Source: a virus (lineage: Duplodnaviria; Caudoviricetes). From it: a stretch of DNA of 59,057 bases. The stretch spans positions 1 to 59,057 of IMG/VR virus record IMGVR_UViG_3300037524_000403. One strand, given 5' to 3'. Positions 54,804 through 59,057 of this stretch are shown here, in pieces (positions within the stretch are counted from its first letter, which is position 1; each line of letters begins with the position of its first letter). The notes under the pieces were generated by a model that worked only from the letters and a program-made list of their open reading frames with translations, was not told the origin of the DNA and searched no databases. Position numbers and translations under genes: made by a program.

Positions 54804-55657
54804 TGGCTGGGTTTAAATCACTCAACGCCTACGCGGACGCCTATCTGAATGGCGCTTATACGATTGCGAGCTTTCGTAAGGCCCCGACGCAGGCGAACAC
54901 AGCAGCGAATTGGATGGACATGAGTATGGCAGCGGGCAACCCGGTGCCGAACTACTATGCCGCCACGCCGCTGATTGCAGCGAAGCTCGATCCGCAGGCA
55001 GGGCTCTATCATGGGCCAAGCGTCGCGCCCGCGAAGAAGTTTCTGCGCTTGTTGCAGGTGTTTTCCAACTCGACCAACATCGTCGCTTCGATGTGGTATC
55101 TCTGCGATTACCTGCTCTACTATCCATTTATTGACATGGATGCGGTGGGCGAAGAACAGATCCTCGACAACACGCTGACGCTCGACCGCTATCAAGATGG
55201 CGCGGGCGTGCGGATGATGATGGTCAACGTCTCGCCCACGGTTGGCGGTGGGAAATTCACGGTGAATTACGTCAATCAGGACGGCGTCACCAAGACCACG
55301 CCCAACCATTTCTGCTCGGCGGCTACGAACATTGCGACGCTCACCGCCACGACTCAAAGCGCGGCAGGCTTCATGCCGTTTTTGTCGTTGGCAGAAGGAG
55401 ACAGTGGCGTGCGGCGCGTCAACAGCGTGACGTTCTCGGTGGCCAATGGTGGCTTGTGCGCATTGGTGCTCGTGCATCCGCTGCGCACCATCCGCATCCG
55501 CGAGGCCAACGTCGCCACGGAAGTCGAAAGCATTATCCATGCGCCAGACCTGCCCGAGATCAAGGACGGCGCGTATCTCAATTTGATCGGAAACACACAA
55601 ACCGGCTCGCTCGTCTCGACAATCTTCGCGGGTCTACTTGAAACGACCTGGGGCTGA
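54803..55657 (+). CDS. Putative structural protein, paralog of 55661..56602
   Basis: PFLSLAEGDSGV...LPEIKDGAYL. Confidence 0.6.
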   Translation: MAGFKSLNAYADAYLNGAYTIASFRKAPTQANTAANWMDMSMAAGNPVPNYYAATPLIAAKLDPQAGLYHGPSVAPAKKFLRLLQVFSNSTNIVASMWYLCDYLLYYPFIDMDAVGEEQILDNTLTLDRYQDGAGVRMMMVNVSPTVGGGKFTVNYVNQDGVTKTTPNHFCSAATNIATLTATTQSAAGFMPFLSLAEGDSGVRRVNSVTFSVANGGLCALVLVHPLRTIRIREANVATEVESIIHAPDLPEIKDGAYLNLIGNTQTGSLVSTIFAGLLETTWG

Positions 55658-55660
55658 CAC

Positions 55661-56602
55661 ATGGGCTTTTCTTCACACGATGATCTGGTCAACCAGATCA
55701 CGACGAATGGCAAGTTTCTCAGGCACGACTATAACAAGCTCATTGTGACGGCTCAGGTTGCGGGCGCGTGGCACGATTTAGGTGCGCTGGGTGGCTATCC
55801 CTTTGCGGATACGGCGACACCGGGCAACAACTACGCGGGCACTAGCTTAACCTATGTTGCCACGACGGACACCTCGACCTTGCCCAGCTCGATCTGGCAT
55901 GGCGGCAACGTCTCAACGGCGACGAAGCACATCTTGAACGTGATGGCGATGTGCGGCCCTGCGGCGGCGGGTGCCCCGTGGATTTTGATGCTGGTGGATC
56001 AGTTGGGGTACATCCGCATTCAGGGTGCCTCTTCGGCAGATGTGACCGGAACGGGCCTTCGCACGGTGACTATGACGGCGCTGGGCGCGGGTGCGCGGTA
56101 TCCCTACGGCGAGGGCTCGCGCGTTTATATTTCTACGCTGGTCGCGCCAGCCACGGGCGGCCCCAACATCAGCACGTTCACCTACACGAATAGCAACTCA
56201 ACGCCGGTCACGGGCAAGACGATGCCCTACACGGTCAGCATGGCGGCAACCCCTGCGATTACGTCCATCCCCCACTCGGGCAACGCGGCGAACAGGTATG
56301 GCCCGTTCCTGCCTTTGGCAGCGGGTGACACCGGCATTGCGGATATTGAGTCCTTCACGTTCTCAGGCGGCACGGCCTACACGGGCACGACGGGCGTTCT
56401 GGTGATGCACCATGTCGTTCCGCTGCTCACGATCCCGGTTCTCGCGTCAGGTGTCGCGGCCGAACGCGATCTGGTCAATCAGCTTCCGTCGATGCCTCGC
56501 GTGCGGGACGGCGCGCACCTGAAATGGCTGATGTTTGCCACCGGTGCCACGAGCGCGAACAGCCCCTTTGTCGCCTCTCTTGATTTCGGCTGGGGCGGCT
56601 AA
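55661..56602 (+). CDS. Putative structural protein
   Basis: PFLPLAAGDTGI...MPRVRDGAHL. Confidence 0.6.
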   Translation: MGFSSHDDLVNQITTNGKFLRHDYNKLIVTAQVAGAWHDLGALGGYPFADTATPGNNYAGTSLTYVATTDTSTLPSSIWHGGNVSTATKHILNVMAMCGPAAAGAPWILMLVDQLGYIRIQGASSADVTGTGLRTVTMTALGAGARYPYGEGSRVYISTLVAPATGGPNISTFTYTNSNSTPVTGKTMPYTVSMAATPAITSIPHSGNAANRYGPFLPLAAGDTGIADIESFTFSGGTAYTGTTGVLVMHHVVPLLTIPVLASGVAAERDLVNQLPSMPRVRDGAHLKWLMFATGATSANSPFVASLDFGWGG

Positions 56603-57384
56603 TGGCCCTTCGCGGCAACATCGGACTGCACGCGCGTGGGCCGGTTCGGAATTTCGGGATCACGTCCCCCGGAAGCGAACATGCGTCACAGCAGCAGCCA
56701 GGGCGTTGGCGCAATTTTCCGCTGCACGATGGGCGGCCAACCGGGTTCAACAAAACCGGCTACCCCTCGGGGCGGTTGCATCCCTATTCATGGTCAATGC
56801 CGTTCAAGCCGGGTGGGCTGGCGGCGATCTCGACTGCGGAAGGCGTGGCAACGGCCTCTGGAGCGATGGCTGGCGGCAAAAATGCTGCCGGAACAATCAA
56901 CGGCGTTGCGACAGCCGAAGCCACACTCCAGCTCGTTGTCTCCGGTCAAGGCGCATCGAACGGTGTGGCGACCGTATCCGGCAACGTCAACGCGGCTCTT
57001 GGCGCTTCTGGCGCGACGGCAGGCGCTGCGACAGCGGCGGCTATAATAGGGGCTCTGGCGTGGGCCACGGGTGGTTCTAACGGTGTCGCAACGGCCTCCC
57101 TTGTTCGCTACGCCACTGGGAAGCTTGCCGGGTCCATCGCCCCGGCAATTACATTGGAAGCCTCTTCCTTTTCATCCTACCTCCTGGATGAGGAGGACGT
57201 TGAAACTGGGATGACGCTGCGGCAGGCATTGCGACTGGTCGCAGCAGCCTCCGCAGGAAAGATCAGTGGAGCCTCTGGCAGCACCGTCACTATTAGGAAC
57301 GCGATAGCGGACAGCAAGGACCGCATAGTTGCCACGGTTGATAGCAACGGCAATAGGACGGCGATTACCTACGACTTGGATTAG
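56602..57384 (+). CDS. Putative fibre-like structural protein with Gly/Ala repeats
   Basis: Repeated (N/E)GVATA units; ends RIVATVDSNGNRTAI. Confidence 0.6.
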   Translation: MALRGNIGLHARGPVRNFGITSPGSEHASQQQPGRWRNFPLHDGRPTGFNKTGYPSGRLHPYSWSMPFKPGGLAAISTAEGVATASGAMAGGKNAAGTINGVATAEATLQLVVSGQGASNGVATVSGNVNAALGASGATAGAATAAAIIGALAWATGGSNGVATASLVRYATGKLAGSIAPAITLEASSFSSYLLDEEDVETGMTLRQALRLVAAASAGKISGASGSTVTIRNAIADSKDRIVATVDSNGNRTAITYDLD

Positions 57385-57390
57385 TGTGAC

Positions 57391-57741
57391 ATGGCCGATT
57401 ATTTTGGGAATCGATATTGGCCACCGCACTACTTCCCACAGAAATACTTTGGCACGGAGTCGTTTGATCCGAATGCCATGCAGGGCCTCTCACAGGGCTC
57501 TGCCTACGTCATCGGTCTTCTTACGGTCAATGACGCTAACGCTCTCAGGGGCTCTGCCTCTGGTGTTGCGACTGTCTCTGGCACGCTCCTGTCCATCAGG
57601 GAGACAAAGGACTCTGGGCGTCCCGCCTGGGAGATCAACGACAAGAACCGCAAGCGTCTCATACGGGCGATGCGGAAACGTGATCGCCTTGTCCAGGACG
57701 AGGCGGAGATTGAGTACCTAATCCAAATGGGATGTATCTAG
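57391..57741 (+). CDS. Hypothetical protein
   Basis: YFGNRYWPPHYFPQKYFG repeat; SGVATVSG unit. Confidence 0.55.
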   Translation: MADYFGNRYWPPHYFPQKYFGTESFDPNAMQGLSQGSAYVIGLLTVNDANALRGSASGVATVSGTLLSIRETKDSGRPAWEINDKNRKRLIRAMRKRDRLVQDEAEIEYLIQMGCI

Positions 57742-57742
57742 G

Positions 57743-58012
57743 ATGGCCAAACAGATTTTCGCTGCATCGTCTACGGGTGCTGGCAACCCTGTTCCATGCT
57801 CTAGTGGAGCAGTGATTAGCTTGACCATCTCTGCGACCGGCAACGCCCAGCTTCAGATTTACATGGATGGCGATTGGGTAAACATCCGTACGGCTGACAC
57901 GGCGAGCATTGCGTTGGCTACGGTTGTAAGCCTCCCGGTTCGTGACGAGCCTTATTTGCTGCGGTGGAACGTGACGGCGAACGCGGGCACGATCACGACC
58001 TACATTGACTAA
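57743..58012 (+). CDS. Small beta-rich protein
   Basis: Operon context. Confidence 0.55.
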   Translation: MAKQIFAASSTGAGNPVPCSSGAVISLTISATGNAQLQIYMDGDWVNIRTADTASIALATVVSLPVRDEPYLLRWNVTANAGTITTYID

Positions 58013-58226
58013 TGAACTTCCCTGATCTGCCCCTCATTGCATGGGATACCTTCATTTCCAGGGTGAGGATCAGATGGACTTCAGGTGCAACGCCGGAGTC
58101 CTTTTTCAATCCAGATGGAAAGCAAGAAGATATGAAAGACAAGAAGGCAGCGAAGACGCTTGGGAAGCCAGCAAAGAAGAGCGGCAAGGGTCCTGACAAG
58201 TCTTCAAAGAAGGACTGCAAGTAAGT

Positions 58227-59057
58227 TTGTCTAACCAGACAATTTACCGTCCTGCCGGTCAGGTGTTGTCCAATTTCCACTTGGACAACACCAACCGGGT
58301 GCGGGTTCTGATCGGACCCTATGGAAGCGGTAAGACAACATCATGCGCGATGGAAATTCTCCGCCGCGCCAAGGAGCAAGCACCGGACAGCAAGGGCGTT
58401 AGAAACAGCCGGTGGCTGGTGATACGCAGAACGTATCCAGAGTTGCAAAAGACTACGCTCAAGTCTTGGAGCCATCTTTTCCCAGAGAATCCCTTTGGGA
58501 AGTACAATTGGAACGAGCCGATTACGCACAACTGGTCTTTCCGGTTGCCGGACAAGACAAGCGTAAAGGCGGAAATCATTTTCATGGCTCTGGACGGCCC
58601 CAGAGCGGAGGAGAACATCCACGGTGCGGAGTTGACCGGCGGATGGGTCAACGAGTGTAAAGAGGTTGCCAAGCCTATTATTGACGTGCTCCGTGGCCGT
58701 GTTGGTCGCTACCCAGCGATGAGGGACGGTGGCCCAACGTGGTACGGCGTCATCATGGACACCAACCCTCCTGATGATGATCACTGGCTGTATAAGCTGG
58801 CGGAGAAGGAGAAGCCGGAAGGCTGGGGGATCTACAAGCAGCCTGGCGGCGTGATCAAGGATCGTGAGACGGACAAGTGGGTTTTCAATCCCAACGCTGA
58901 GAACCTACAGAACTTACCGCCGACTTACTACACCGACCAGATGGCCGGTCAGACGGAAGACTACATCAAGGTCAATCTTGCGGGAGAGTACGGGTACGTA
59001 AGAGAGGGTAAACCCGTATTTCCCGAATACTCGGACACACTTCATGTTGGCGAGTTT
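58227..59057 (+). CDS. terL: Terminase large subunit, N-terminal ATPase part (runs off the end, continues at position 2)
   Basis: Walker A GPYGSGKT, RWLVIRRTYPEL, Walker B GGWVNE, IMDTNPP. Confidence 0.92.
   Translation, partial: MSNQTIYRPAGQVLSNFHLDNTNRVRVLIGPYGSGKTTSCAMEILRRAKEQAPDSKGVRNSRWLVIRRTYPELQKTTLKSWSHLFPENPFGKYNWNEPITHNWSFRLPDKTSVKAEIIFMALDGPRAEENIHGAELTGGWVNECKEVAKPIIDVLRGRVGRYPAMRDGGPTWYGVIMDTNPPDDDHWLYKLAEKEKPEGWGIYKQPGGVIKDRETDKWVFNPNAENLQNLPPTYYTDQMAGQTEDYIKVNLAGEYGYVREGKPVFPEYSDTLHVGEF

Noticed and set aside
1-59057. Alternative genetic code or stop reassignment
   Set aside because: Conserved genes are intact under code 11, and TAA, TAG and TGA all terminate genes.
1-59057. 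T7-type RNA/DNA polymerase and tRNA genes
   Set aside because: No matching ORF or cloverleaf was recognised by eye; tRNAscan was not run.

Overview
The window looks like a complete, circularly permuted ~59 kb temperate podovirus genome with T7/BPP-1-type virion genes. The host is probably an alphaproteobacterium (GcrA-like gene). The window opens and closes inside the terminase large subunit, which carries a LAGLIDADG intein. Gene order: terL C-part, four small paralogous virion-type genes, portal, scaffold, major capsid, tail tube A/B, three ejection proteins (one a 2664-aa polyvalent protein), tail fibre/spike, lysis, an accessory island, a tyrosine integrase and leftward recombination operon, a cI/cro-type switch, a replication initiator with iterons, QueD-like plus DpdA/TGT-like genes, a leftward ArdC operon, terS, a ~4.5 kb structural-type cassette and terL N-part. 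Six HNH genes are scattered through it. The most striking unexplained signal is regulatory. A predicted ~114-nt sRNA (49374-49487) with its own promoter and terminator carries a 17-nt segment complementary to a TCAGCCA-N2/3-SD box at six ribosome-binding sites. Five of these sites sit in structured intergenic leaders of the ArdC operon, and three of those leaders share a covarying fold. A TAAC-N5-GTTA operator also overlaps the main promoters. All calls come from reading the sequence; no searches were run.
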